Below, one piece after another: positions 11,453-24,841 of a stretch of 64,000 nucleotides of DNA. The stretch lies in contig NW_003314263.1 in assembly GCF_000143415.4 (NCBI RefSeq), positions 409,114 to 473,113 of the forward strand, read 5' to 3'. Within the stretch, counting starts at the first letter, position 1. The number at the start of each line of letters is the position of its first letter. Below the pieces are notes generated by a model. It worked only from the letters and a program-made list of their open reading frames with translations, made no database searches and had not been told where the DNA came from. Origin of the DNA: Selaginella moellendorffii. Lineage: Eukaryota > Plantae > Lycopodiophyta. The translations under genes were made by a program, and so were the position numbers.

Positions 11453-13529
11453 TCACCATGGACTTCGCTACAAATAATTCTACTCAATGCTGGCTAGACT
11501 TGCGTCTCTCCCACTCCACAATGTGATATATAGATCGGAGAAATCTTGGTTGTCCCAGCAATATATACATTGTCAGATCCAAATTCCAAGGAGAGTGGAG
11601 AACTGCCATTTGAAGGTCTAGTGTAGCCTCGGTCCTGACAAGACGATCTTTCCAACCACGCAAAAGTTTTGATCGTGCATTTCTAGTCACCTTTTATCCC
11701 CTTAGCCCAGCTGCCAAACATTCTATTCATTAACCCAAATAGCGTTCATCAGCCGACTGTAATTCGAGCTTGATCACGTGTTGAAGACCAGGCCATCGAA
11801 TGCGCACTGGTCAAACATAATCACAATTTACGGTCAAGGAGGTCAAAATTTGGTCGTCCTTGAAAAAAAGATAACGGTAAAGAGACAAATATTGGAAAAT
11901 CTACCTCCGAGTGAGAACATTCTATGACTTGAGAGACGTTCTCAGGTGTCCAGTTTGCCTTGAGCTCGTCCCAGGCACGTCTTGCAGTGGCTCCAGGCCT
12001 GCTGATTGTCTCCAGGTCCCTGCTCTCTGCCACAGCCTTGTGGAGCAGCATCCAGCTTCCATTTTGGAGCTTCCAGCAGAGTAAGATGGCGTGGCGTGCT
12101 TGAGATGAGTGAGTGGAATTGAGTATTTGAAATTGATGCTCATACTAACAATTATTTCTATTTAACACTTCTACTAAACTCATTCCAAGATTAATCTAAT
12201 TCTTTTCTCAAATGTAAACAAATTGCTACACTTAGCAAACAATTTGTTTTCCTTGGGATTTTATAGTTTATAAAATTTAGAAGTATTATAATTTTAAAGA
12301 AGGTTCATTTATATCCTACTCTAGTGCTTAATACTTTTTTAAGGGCTAGAAAAAAATGAAATAAGAAAACAATCATTGAACATTTTATGAACCCTTAATT
12401 GCCACTGATGTCATTTATATTATTGGATTAATTGTTGTACCATTAAGCTGAGGCTAGAAACAAAGCTGGCATCATAGATGACCTTCAAGAAGTCAATCCT
12501 GCATAAAAATGTTTTTGTTTTAAGCAGAAATTCAATCATATCACCTCCACAGAGCCATTAAGCTCTATAAACTCTAAATAAAGCCAAAGCTTACAATGTA
12601 CAAGAAGTCTGAGAAAGCAAGAGGAATCACTACCAATTACATCTTCTAGATAGTGAGCAAGTGGAAAAAGTATGAGTTAGTTAAAAGACACTTGATCTAC
12701 ACTTGTGTAAATTTTATCTTATATTTCTCTTCTAAAATCAATTAAAAACTTGTTATGCAATTGTAGCAATAACATGGTTTTCTTATTTATAGTTTTACTA
12801 AAAGAGTCAATATTTTTTTGGAAAATTAATATTTTTCCTTGCTTACCATTGATGAAATTCTATCAAATCAAAGATATAGAGAACTAAATGAATAAAATCA
12901 TATCAAGGATAAACAAGTTTTTCCTTGTGAAACTTACAATACTAAATTTAGAAATTTGGAATTGTGGATGTTTAAGTTTAGATATAAATTTTGTAATAGA
13001 TTTGCCTTTAAATTACTTATTAGATACATATTTATATTAAAAAAAACTTTCTTTTCTTAAAATTTATTAGAAATATAGTTATATTTACCAAAGTTACAAC
13101 TTCAATAGTACAATAAAAAGAAATAAATGTTGAAATTTCCATAAATAGTAGTACTGGTAGAAGACTTTAAAATATGTGATTAATGATTTGGATTAGCATG
13201 TGATAAATATTGATTTTTTGTTGCAACTAAAATGATGTAAATTGCAACATAATTTCAGCCATATGTATTTATTTCTATGCAATTTCTACATTGTTGTTTT
13301 ACATTACAAAATTTTATAATGTAATTTGCATTAAAAAGTTTTGCGTATGATTCCTTATAATTTCATGCCCTCATGAACTAAAGCTGAAAGACACATCTCT
13401 CTCAAGAGCCCTACTCTCTTGACACCCAAATGTGCTTATATCATAATGATTACTACAAAATTTGCATTGACAAATTATGTTACAAACAATCATTTATGTT
13501 TAGTGAGAACATGCTCAAAAGCTTTCAGT

Positions 13530-14790
13530 GAAGAATGTCACTGCTGCATCCTTATAAGACATGGCTCGCACAGTGGCATCTTGGTGGAAACCATTCCCCA
13601 CTAGAGCTCATGACATCTCGCAAATGGTTTGTTGACTGACATGCCCAATCTCCAGTGCCAAGTCAAGAGATCTGCTGCCCCACCTGAAGAGGCAATCTAC
13701 ATGGACTGTCGCCATCACCTGGTTCAGGATTTGCACGGAGCAAAGCAACTTGAAAAGCCTGCCAACCTTCATCGCTCAAGCCACTGGTCCCTATCGTCAA
13801 CAACTGATGTGCAGAAAAAGCACTTGCGAGGAAATGAGAGTGTGTCCAGCACAAGAAACGTACCACACACCACGTGGAAGTTGAATCTGGATTGATCCAA
13901 TACCAAGAATCGGCAACGGGCGATTAACCGTGAGGAACACTAATGGCTGGGTGTCACGAAGAGCTCCCTCACTGACGTGGTGTGGCTTTTTGCCGCGCAA
14001 TCCAACACCAGTGGCTCCATCAGAGTCTTGATTGTCGTCACGCCTTGAAACTGGAGGTTCCTTCACGTGCTCAAGCTTCCTTTCGTTGTCGTTTTACAGG
14101 GCAGTCTAGACTTAAGTGTCCCATCTTGTGACACAGCGCAAGGCCCATAACCTGGTTCACATTCTTCCAATTGATCGCTGCTGATTTCATGACGTCAACT
14201 TGAACACTGTACAACGGTGCAAGACCTCCATTTGCGTGAGCGTCTAGGTCTTGCGAGGTTTGGTAGACATTTCCTACTTCCAGAAACAATCCCCACCACA
14301 TCAACCAGAACTAAGCACGTTCTCACCACGCCAGGAAATTGTCCCCATCAAACACCTCCATCTCTGGGAAGGAGGATGACGCCATTTCAATCAACTTGTG
14401 TTCTTACTTAACTGCAAAGATCATTACCCTAAATCTGATACAACAGCCACGCAAAATCCCGGCCACAATAGATAGAAATGAGGATATAGCAATGCTCTCT
14501 CCTCATCACTTTTTTAGCAACACGCTGGAGTTAGAGTGTTTGGAGATCCACATGCCAAGTCTTTTTGGTGAGGAGATAAATAGGAGGGTGCTGCTGTATC
14601 CTCTGTAGGCCAGGCTTTTGCCCACATGCTATAAGAATCTTTGCGGTTAGAGTTGAAATGGAGGCTCCCTCTCGAGAGATGGAGGTGTTACAATTTCCTG
14701 GCCTGGCAAGAGCGTGCTCAGTTCTGGCTGATGCAGTGGGGATTGTGGCCCATAGTTTCTGAATGCCTGACCGTAGACCTGGCAAGACCT
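13530..14790. mobile_element. Scrambled Copia gag fragments related to 6730-7740
   Basis: Direct matches to ~6730-6980 (CCAGTGCCAAGTCAAGAGATCTGCTGC; zinc knuckle HKMGHLSLDCP) and an inverted copy of ~7470-7740 at ~14540-14790. Confidence 0.7.
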
Positions 14791-17700
14791 AGACGGTCGC
14801 GCAAATGGAGCCCGTTAGTGTTAAGAAAGGCTCGGAATATGTACAGTTAAAAAAGGCCAATCAAAATAAATATTCTTTCAGAATACTCTTTTTTTATAGT
14901 ATAGACTAGAATGTTTTTTATTGCATTATTGATTGGAATAAAATAAGCCTCTTGCTACTTCGAAGAGTTTCATACTCTTTTACCTCTTTTTGCCTTCAAG
15001 GGTAACTGATCAGCCTTTTGGACAAGGAGATTATTAATGCTCTTTTCCTCAAAAAGCTTGAACCATTTGTAGTGCTTACTTAGTAATGCTTGCTATTTGA
15101 GCACAATCCAATCAAGATAAGTGAAGAACTCTTAAGTAATTCTTATTTTAAATTTGTTTTCTCTTGCATTTATACTTTACTTTCTTTCATTTTAAGATTT
15201 TAACCTTTAAAAAAAAATTTACCCTTCTCAAGAATGGGTAATTTTTTTAATTTTAGGGAGAGCTAAAAATCATCTTTCATTTGAAATTTAAACCCCACCC
15301 TTCAAATTTATACTCTATAAATGAATGAAATCTTCTACTAGTAGCATGACTTTACCATGGTGCATAGGGATAAATATAGTAAAAGTATATAAATCCAAAA
15401 AGTTAAAATATAGCACACTTTTCTATAATTACCAATTCTTAATAGTGCCCAATAGTAGATATAATGGCATGTTTGGCTTTAGAGTGTAGATCATCATAAA
15501 AGTGTCTTTTAATTAACTCATGCTTTTTCCATTGGCTCACTATTTAGAAGATGTAATTGGTAGTGATTTCCTCTTGCTTTCTCAGACTTATTGTACATTG
15601 TAAGCTTTAGTTTTATTTAGAGTTTATAGAGCTTAATGGCTCTATGGAGGTGATATGATTGAATTTCTACTTAAAACAAAAACATTTTTATGCATGATTG
15701 ACTTCTCAATTTCCCATTGCTGCTGCTTGAAGGTCATCTATGATGCCAGCTTTGTTTCTAGCCTCAGCTTAATGGTACAACAATTAATCCAATAATATAA
15801 ATGAGATCAGTGGCAATTAAGGGTTCATAAAATGGAAAACAAATAAACCACTATGCCATCTAAATTTGTAATCCTAGAATTACTTTCTGATAAGCATTAC
15901 TTCTAACCCACTATAAATGTATGGACTTGTATTGCTTTTTGGCATCTTCTAAAGTGTTTGTAGCTTTTAAACTTTAGAACAATTACTTATACTTATCATG
16001 GTATTTAATTTGAATACATTTCTTCAGCTGTTCATATAAACTCTATTCCCAATGGAAAATGCAATTCCTCTTTTAGTTGATTAAAACCTTATCTAGACCA
16101 CTATTGTAGACAGTTTTAATAGCTCGCCAATTTATTTGCACTTCATCACTCATAAAACTATAAAACATTGGTGATGTTGAAGATTATATTCCAACTTGGT
16201 ATGTTTTATTCAATAGTGTTCAAAAAAAAACTTGAGCTTTTATGTCTTCTCAACTATCACCATCTTGGATTGTGCTCTATATAAAAGAATATTATTATTA
16301 TAATAATTGAATAAATGCACATTTACCTTGGATCATACACAATGGTAATTATTGTAAACTATCGGGAATTCTATGTATATAATCGAAGCACACTTAAGAG
16401 TATTGCAAATTCATACTTGGTTGCATCCACTTATGAGATCAACTTCACTTCCAATACCATCCAACAAAATCTTGAAAACATGACATTGTTCTTTAGCTTC
16501 AATTTAGATTAATCTTAGAAAAGCAATGCTTTGGAAGAAGTTGTAATTAAATTTAGTTTTTAGCTTTAAAATTGTATCTAGACTTGAGGACTTCTTTAAA
16601 AAAAGAGATTTCCTTCTAGAGTTTTTTATCACAATTTACATCCTGCAAAGATATTTCAAATTGATTAGATTGTTTATTGGTAGATGCTGAAAAACTATAT
16701 AGTGTTTTGCTCATTATTAAGGTGAAAGTGTTGTAGTGTTTGAAATTAATTGTAAGGAATTTTGAAGAATCAATTTGTCTGTTGCTTTAGTAGTTATAAC
16801 TGCAAGTCAAGCTCTTGGAGATTAATCTGTTACCTTTGAAACAACAAATGTAGTCATATCCAAAGACTCCAAGTATGTCCCATTTGCCATTAAATAGTTA
16901 TGTTGACCAACGTGAATTGCTACTCTTGTGAATATTATATCATTTAGAACAACATAAAAAATGTGAGCTCTCCTTCTTCACATCGTGGAAACTCCTTGCA
17001 AAAATGATATTTTATAGAACAAAACTACTTTGTAAATACCTCACCTTATTTAGGTTGAAGACATAACATACGATGAAACTATTTACAATTGAACTTTTGA
17101 AACCAGTTGTAATATGGTGGTCTAAGTTGAAATATTGAAGGAATCCAACACAACCACTCCTTTGGACTCATTTAACAAAGTAGTCAGCTTTTCAAGCCAT
17201 ATATTTCACGCAAATATTTCCATTTTGATTTTGACACATCCCCTCCATGGAATTTTTAGAAGGTAGAAGCTCAAAGACTAAATCTCTATCATAGTCTTAG
17301 GAAGTTTAAATGGATTCACAAGAGTTCCTATATTGATACTTCAAATCAATGTGTTTGTAACTTTCATAGGTTTTAGTAGTTCAAATATAAATCCACTACC
17401 CACATGTCTTTTTATATTGCATTTTTTGTTGAGTCTATCATTAAAGAGTTTATTATTACCGAGGATGCACATGGCTTCTTCTTATTTGCTGTTGAAAAAA
17501 AACCTCTCTACTCCAAATTGTTGCATTACTTGAACCTACCGCAAACTCCTTTAATTGAAACTTTGCTTTTATAATTGAATTTGATGCAAAATATATTTTC
17601 CCATCTAAAGAAATCTTTATCATTGTAACCCAAAGTGACCCCATACCTTGAGCACTTTATAACATTCTAACTTAATCAGAATGAAGCCTAAAGAAAGTAT

Positions 17701-18239
17701 ATAAAAATCCTTTCTTTATTAATGACTCCATTTCTAACAATAACAGTCTCCCTTGATTTCTCATTATTGCCATTGCAACATCACTTGCTATTAAATCTTT
17801 AGCTATATCTAAAATGAGGAAAAATCAAAACATGTCTTATAAGAAAAATCAAGTCATTAATAGTAGTGAATTGTAACTTTATTTTGTTTCTCCAAAATTG
17901 ATTTAAGGCCTTAAGGGTTTCTAGGGCTGATATAATTGGGTTAGGGTCTTTGGCAACTAGGGTTTTAAGCGAGAAATGGGTTGAGCATGGCAAAGAGTAG
18001 CAAGCACACAGGTAAGAAACTTTCTCATGGCCACAAGAATCACTGTAGTGTTGCTTGAGCTCCTGCAGTGGATCTAGCTTAGCCATAGCCTGTGTTGCCG
18101 TAGGGGAAGCCATGGCACCACACCCCATCATGTGGCAGCCATGGCAGCCTAAGCTAAGCAAGCTCAATTTACTATAAGAGCTCATGCAACACCATGGCAA
18201 TTCTTCAGCCTCAACCATAGGAATCAATTGCAAATCACT

Positions 18240-18506
18240 TTGCCGTGTGAGAGGGAGCAATGTTGTGGCTCCCCCCATGAATTTTAAGTGGTGGCACTCA
18301 CCACCACCCAAGCTACTGTATGAGGGGGAGCAATGTCGTGGCTCCCCCCACAACAAGTCCAAATTGTGGCACTTGCCACCACTAGAGCTTCTGCATAAGG
18401 GGGAGTGGCATCATGGCTCCCCCCACAACAGCTCGAGTGGTGGTGAATGCCACCACTTGGAGCTACCATGGGGGGAGCCACAGTGCCCCTCCCCTTCACG
18501 TGGCAG
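18240..18506. repeat. GC-rich ~72-bp tandem units forming a nested fold-back
   Basis: About 3.5 units, each with GGGGGAG..CTCCCCC and GTGG(TGG)C..GCCAC(CAC)-type hairpins. The right end is an inverted copy of the left end. Confidence 0.7.
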
Positions 18507-19406
18507 TTCATATAGGGTTTAGGGTAGGGTAGGGTTTGCCACGTGGCATACATTTTGAGCAATTTATATGCCACAAGCCAATTTCTACAATTAGCCATAT
18601 TGATTTATAATTACTGATTTTAGTTTTTGTTTTTCTATTTTTTATGTTTATGCTTACTCTTTCTAGACTTCAATAGGTTGCTAAAACACATGTAAGAAGG
18701 CAATATTTATCAAGAATATTGCTATCCATATTGTGAGGAATATAAACACAATGTGGGTGAAAGAACTTTTCTAAAGCTTCATCAAACAATCCTCAAGAAA
18801 GCAAACAAACTAAGAATCCTGAGAGACAAAGAATTTTAAATTGCCTGAATATGATTCTAAGGAGGAAGAGGAGTAACAATAAGATGAAGAAAAAGATGAT
18901 AATGATTTTGACCGTTTGGAAAGTCAAACTGCACAAAGAAGAACAGCTAGGGGAATGGAGTTAAGGAAAAAGAAAAGTGAAAAACAAAGCCACAAGCATG
19001 AGAAGAAGTTTTGGATACAAGCTTGTTCAATTGTCCCTCAAAGTTTAAAATGGAAATTATCTTAGATTTGCTATAATGATTGACAATCAAAAAAAAATTC
19101 CACCTCCCCATGTGCCTCTATATTGCATGATTTTGAATCCAGTGGTGCAATCTATGGTGAACATTGTGGGCCAACTCAAGTTTTCCATTTAACAACAAAG
19201 CTTTATGCAAATAAAGTCTAAATTTATTATAGCGAAGGGTCTAGTGCTTTTGAATGATAAAAAGAGCTTCTTAGAATGAGTTATAGCAAGGGATGATACT
19301 TATGCCAAATGGAAGAAGATTCTCGGATACTATTTATATGGGAGGAAAATCACCAATTCGAGGTATGATTATTATGGATAGATTTGAACTATCCAAATCT
19401 AATTAA

Positions 19407-21054
19407 TGTCGCGAATGTGACTTCAGGTATCAAAAGTTACTTATCAGCTAGTATTTTTGGATATTCTTTCCTTACTGCCACAATAGCAGGAGTGTAACAC
19501 ACTTTATCTTTCCCCTTAAGCCAACTAGAAAAGGGTTTTGGGATACTTAGGGTTAAGTGCCTTTGGGTTTGAATAGTACTGGGTTGGGTGACCTCCCAGG
19601 AAATTCAAATTTAAAGAGTTTACATTTGGTATCAAAGGGGTCTCAGGTCTAACTTTGTTAGTTGGTTAGAGGAATCACACCACATGTTGATTGACATCTG
19701 GTTGGTCTAGTTTGCTCCCACTAGGCTCGACCTGAGGGGTAGGGTGTCAAAAGAGTGGAGCTCACGAGAGAGTTGTGGCTCTTAACTTCCCTTCACGAGG
19801 GCTTGAACTTGTAGGGAAGCATGATGAATTGTAAGCAACCAAAGGGAACGACTCGAAAGATGATCCATAAGGGTTAAAATATAGAGGGAAAGGGCCCATG
19901 AACAAGAGTGCACCCCCTTTTCCAATTGGTTAAGGGTCTTGGGATACTTGGGGTTAAACGCTTTTGGGTTTGAATAGTACTAAGCTGGGTGACCTTCTGG
20001 GAAGTCCAAATTTAAGGAGCTTACAAGGAGGTTGGTATTGCTAAGCCTGTTATCAATTCCCACTTGAGCTAGTTGAGAAATTAGTCAATGAACATGCACT
20101 TAGATTGGATAAACATAAGGTAGAAACTCTATATGTTTTCTTGCTGAATATACTCAGCCTGGTTTGATAAACTTGTGTCATTGGCTTGGATTTGTTAGTA
20201 TCAAGAACCCCCACGATATTGAGATTGGTCCCTCAATATCACCGAATGATAGCTTACCGTGTCTGCCAAACACCCTCGTTATCATGCCCTTTGTGTTAAT
20301 CTCATTTCTGTCCCAAATGCTATTTATGGAAAGTGTCCAGATTTGCTCATTTGGCATATTTACAACATGTAGAGATTATCCTGAACACAATGGTGTTATG
20401 GTGTTTATCCCATGTTCAAATTTGCAATTTAGGGACATTTCATATTTAGTAAGTTTTGAGCTTGTCCCCAAAACCAACTCTTAATACTAAGGGAGGCTTG
20501 GGGTGAAAGCCCAAAGCATGTGTTCCTCAAGGGAGGGGGGGGGGGTTCCAAATGTATAATGGGGATAGTGTGTAGGTCGGGCATGGTCGACTAACCTAAG
20601 GTATAGTTTAACTCCTGTTTGCATTCAGCTTGGGTCTAAGCCTAAGCTTCACACCATGGTAACTGGTGGAGTACCCATATCCTCGCGTTAAACCACTGGT
20701 ATGTTAAAATAATGCTAGACTTCATTTGGCTCCGTTTTGCATGCTGGTCCTAGCATTGGGATGTTGAAAGTCACTCCGTGCTCTTGTCCTTTCACTCTTT
20801 GGGCTGTATGCTTGGGAGTTGCTCCGTGGTACAATTCCATCACTCCTTGGCTCCATACTTGGGAGTTTAGCACCATTCTTTCATTCAGTGGCTTAAGACC
20901 CTGAAACTCGGGTACCACACCATTGTTCTTTGGACACATGGCATATGACACATGGCATAAGACACGTGGCACATGGAGGGTTTAAGTTCCGCTTCGTGGT
21001 GTTATCCTTTAGTAAATCACCATAAGATAAAGGGTAAAAACCATGTGCGTTACA
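19407..21054. mobile_element. Solo LTR (~1.1 kb native length) interrupted by a TRIM
   Basis: Begins TGTC and ends TTACA, flanked by ATTAA/ATTGA (5-bp TSD, 1 mismatch). An inverted homolog lies at ~49806-50198 plus ~55974-56648. Confidence 0.65.
19493..20025 (+). mobile_element. Cassandra-like TRIM retrotransposon with 5S rRNA-derived LTRs
   Basis: TGTAA...TTACA ends with a perfect AGGAG TSD (19488-19492, 20026-20030). Met-tRNA-type PBS TGGTATCA follows LTR1 (19493-19624). Both LTRs contain GTTAA..TTGGG...AATAGTACT....TGGGTGACCT....GGAA, matching the 5S rRNA internal control region. Confidence 0.85.
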
Positions 21055-24000
21055 ATTGACAAGAAAATTTCAAAATACTCTATTATGGTGAATGTTGCAA
21101 TAGTAAAGACAAAGATGGTATGGCATTCATTATAGCTTTGATTCTAGTGAGTAGGTATGCTTCTCTAGATTCTTTATTAAAATAACTTTTTTAATATAGG
21201 CAATATGAAGATGCAATAGTCAAAATGACTCCTTTACATATGATTATGATTGTGTGAAACATTTCAAGTAGATGCTAACAAAATTATAAACTATCTTACA
21301 GACAAGAAAAAGGTCCAATTGAATATGATAATATTTAAGAAAAACTAGTCAAAAAAGCATGATAGCTATGCTAAGTTCCCTTGATATATCGACATGCACA
21401 TTTTATTTGAGGTACTTAGATTTGCGAAAGTACTTATTTCAATTTTTTTATTTTAAAAATTTTTATTATTTTTTTTTCTTCTCTAGTATAACATCAATAA
21501 AGATTTGAAGAGATTGAAGAAGAAAAGCCTTGACATTGATACTACTACTAAAGAAGAGTATAAAATCAAGTAAAAACATATAGCAATGATAATGAAACTA
21601 ATCAACATTTTGCATTTGGATCTTGGGAAGGAATGGTTTAATGTTGTGATGAGCTTGAATGCAAAAGATCCATAATATACATAGTGTACGTTCAAGAAAC
21701 TGAACATAATAACTTTGGCATAAATTCCAAATTCATATAAACTAGTAGTATTGAAGGAGTTAAAAGTAGTTGGTGGATTATCTAAAGTTGTCCACTTTTT
21801 AATCCCAAATACTAATAAATAGTTCTGAATTTGGTGGAGGAAAAGGTGATAATTATTAAGGTGGTGGAAAAAGCAATTGGGTATGTTAAGAAGATGAATG
21901 AAGAACTCTTTTTTAGAGCAAATCGATTGAAATACAAAACAATGTTAAGCGTGTTTAAGTTTGGCATTGTACAAATTTGGTCGCAACTTTAGTTAGTATC
22001 AAGTAAGGCTGAGATTGAAGGGGAGGATGATGAAGACCAGGGAGACGAGATAAATGATGTAGCAATGCAAAAAGTTGACTAATGTTTTGCATATAAATGA
22101 CATTTCCATCACTTTGTACTCTTCAAGTTTTAATTTTCTTTATTTTTCAAATACTTCAAATCTATGTGGAAGGAGATTTCAACTATTGTTGAGCCATGGT
22201 TATCCCCTACCTTGCTTACGTACATGTATGGGGATAAGAAACTGCCTAAACATACTAGAGTCATAAATTATGAGTAAGAAAATTATCCTTGGTGGTTATA
22301 TTTTGGCATTGCTATGATGTTGAAAGTGGAGTAAGAAATATGGAACTCACATATGTAAAACTAGTTCAAATAAAAGCAACTCATGATTATCAAGGATTCT
22401 TCATGGAATTTGATAATGTTGATGAGCCTGACAAAGTGAAGACATAGCCGGAAAAGAAGAGAAGGTGTGCTACTCAAAAAATACCAAATACATATACTAT
22501 ATTGAGTAAGTCAATAAAATTTCTTTATTTACTTTGTATTTAACCATGTTTTTCCAGCTAATCCTGATGTGGAAGAGGTCAAAGTTTCAAAGAAGAAAGG
22601 AAAAAAACTTTTTTGCAATCTTGGGTGGAAGTTATATATTGATGATTGAAACAAAATGCCAAAAACACTTGGCCACCTTGTTGTTCAACATGGAGTTATG
22701 GAAGACTTGGCTAACATCATTCTTCAAGAGAGCCATAAGATATATAAGAAACATGCTAACAAGGATTCTAATAACAATTTTGAGATTGGTGAAGATGAGA
22801 AAGATCTAAATACTAAGGATTTTAAGTAATATAAATTAATTTTTAAGGAGCTAAAGAAGTTTATGTATCACCACTCTTGGAATTCCTCTACTGGCAAACC
22901 TTCACATCGAGTAGGTAAATTTTTCTTTTAATCTTTTTAGTACTCATTTATGGAATAATTTTTTAAGCTTAGTTATCTTTGACTTCCTTTTAGTTTCATT
23001 AGAGTTGCTAGGGGGACTAATGAAGAAATATGATGATAGTGATTTAACTCAATTTTATTTTAGTGTTAATCTTGCAAATGAATTTGTGGGATTTTCAATT
23101 GGTGTTTAGGTTTTAGGATAACATCACAAATAGTTGAGATGGCAAAGGTGTTTTCTTGAGCTCACTTTATCTTAATTGAAAATTATATACTAGAGTCATG
23201 AACAAGTTAGGGTTTCAGAGGCAAAAAGTAGGTTTGTTTAAAGTTCTTGTGTTTCCTAATTAATAATTGATTTTGCAATATAGATCAAAGCTATTTCAAA
23301 TGGAAATAGAGGGAAAAATGGCTTTTCTTTTGAATCTTTTGTCGAATCTCCTTCAACATGAACCAACCAACATTGCTATGGATGACATTGAATGTAAAAT
23401 TTGGTAACTCATTTCTTTTTAAACAAAAAAAATACCTCTAATATCTTCTATAAATGACCTTTTCCACAAAAGTTAAAAGTTTTGGCAAACATGGTTGTGT
23501 GATGCCTTTGCCATGAAGGTGGTTATATCCATGACTTCTTTAGTGGCATAGGGGCTTTCTTGATTGCTACTCTACGCAATAGTTGTAATGTTTTTGGACT
23601 AAATTATGATTCTAGTATCGTGTAATAGTTTCAATGCATTATTATAAAGAAAGCTCATGATGATATGCCACCCCATGTAAAGGTTGTAACTAAGTTTACA
23701 TCCAGAGCATTATAACATGTGTGTCAAGGAAAAGTCAATTTTTATGTCAAAGCTCATTAATGATCATGCACAAGAGAAGAAAAGAGGAAAGCAAAAAAAG
23801 GTTAGTTCATCTATATATATGGATTATATATAGATTTGAGTTATAATTTATTGTAGTTATAATAAAATCTGATATTTTATAATATTTTATAGTTATCACA
23901 TAAAGTATAGTTGTAGTAATTACATAATTTAATATATAGTTATAATGACGAAATATTTTTCAAATATTAAATTATTACAAAAGGATATTCTTAGCATATT

Positions 24001-24841
24001 CAAATATTGGTAATATTCAAAGTGTTCTTTAAACGGTAATGCATATTGTTCTTCAGTCAACTGTCTTGGCTCTTGGCTCCGTTTTTGCCAAGCCTCGATA
24101 ATTGAGGAGGTAAATATTATTTCTTTTGTAGAACAAGAGATGTGGTAGCTTCCAGGTTGATCTTCCAGAAGCAAAGAAACATTCTAGTCCAGAAAAAAAA
24201 GTATATCATGACTTTGCCTTCAGCTTTATTTGGCTTGTTTTACCAAAATGGAGCACATAACGCTCCCTCTTGATCTTACAAGTCCTTGCGGCAACGTTTC
24301 TGAAACAAAACAAGTGTTTCATCAACCATGCTCTCAACTGTGAGACAGACGCCGACACGGCTTTGCAATGTACTCTGCAAAAGACTCAGAGGACACCATA
24401 GAAATAGACAAACAAAGTCTTCCACATGGCAACCATAGCACCGGCCTTTCGGTATTGTGTTACAGATCAGGCTGTGCCTATCTACATTGAAAAGGAAATG
24501 TAAGATGGTCTCGGTTGGGGTGGGCTCGCAAAAGCTCATGAACCACATGGAAATCTTGGAAAGACTCTGCATGGTAGAAATGGCTGACAGAAATCTGGTC
24601 TGGGATGGCGTCTGGCATCCACCAAGTCACTCCATTTGTGCCAGCTCGAGTCGGGATGCATTTGCCACCGTCCTTTCATATGGCTTGGTTAATGCAAGCA
24701 GCAAGACTTTACCGTTAGGTTTGGTTAGATGCTTCTGGGCGAATTTCACACTTTGGAATTTTTCGAAACAAGAGCCTTGCCTGATGTCAGATGAAGTTCT
24801 CCTATAAGAGCAGTCGTCTTAATCGGGCAAACACCACACGA

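Noticed and set aside
15850-17800. Possible decayed transposase (similar AT-rich decay at ~21100-23900 and ~61900-62900)
   Set aside because: Too degenerate to assign a superfamily by eye.
19540-20010. Functional 5S rRNA genes
   Set aside because: Only the internal-promoter portion matches, and it lies within LTRs bounded by a TSD.
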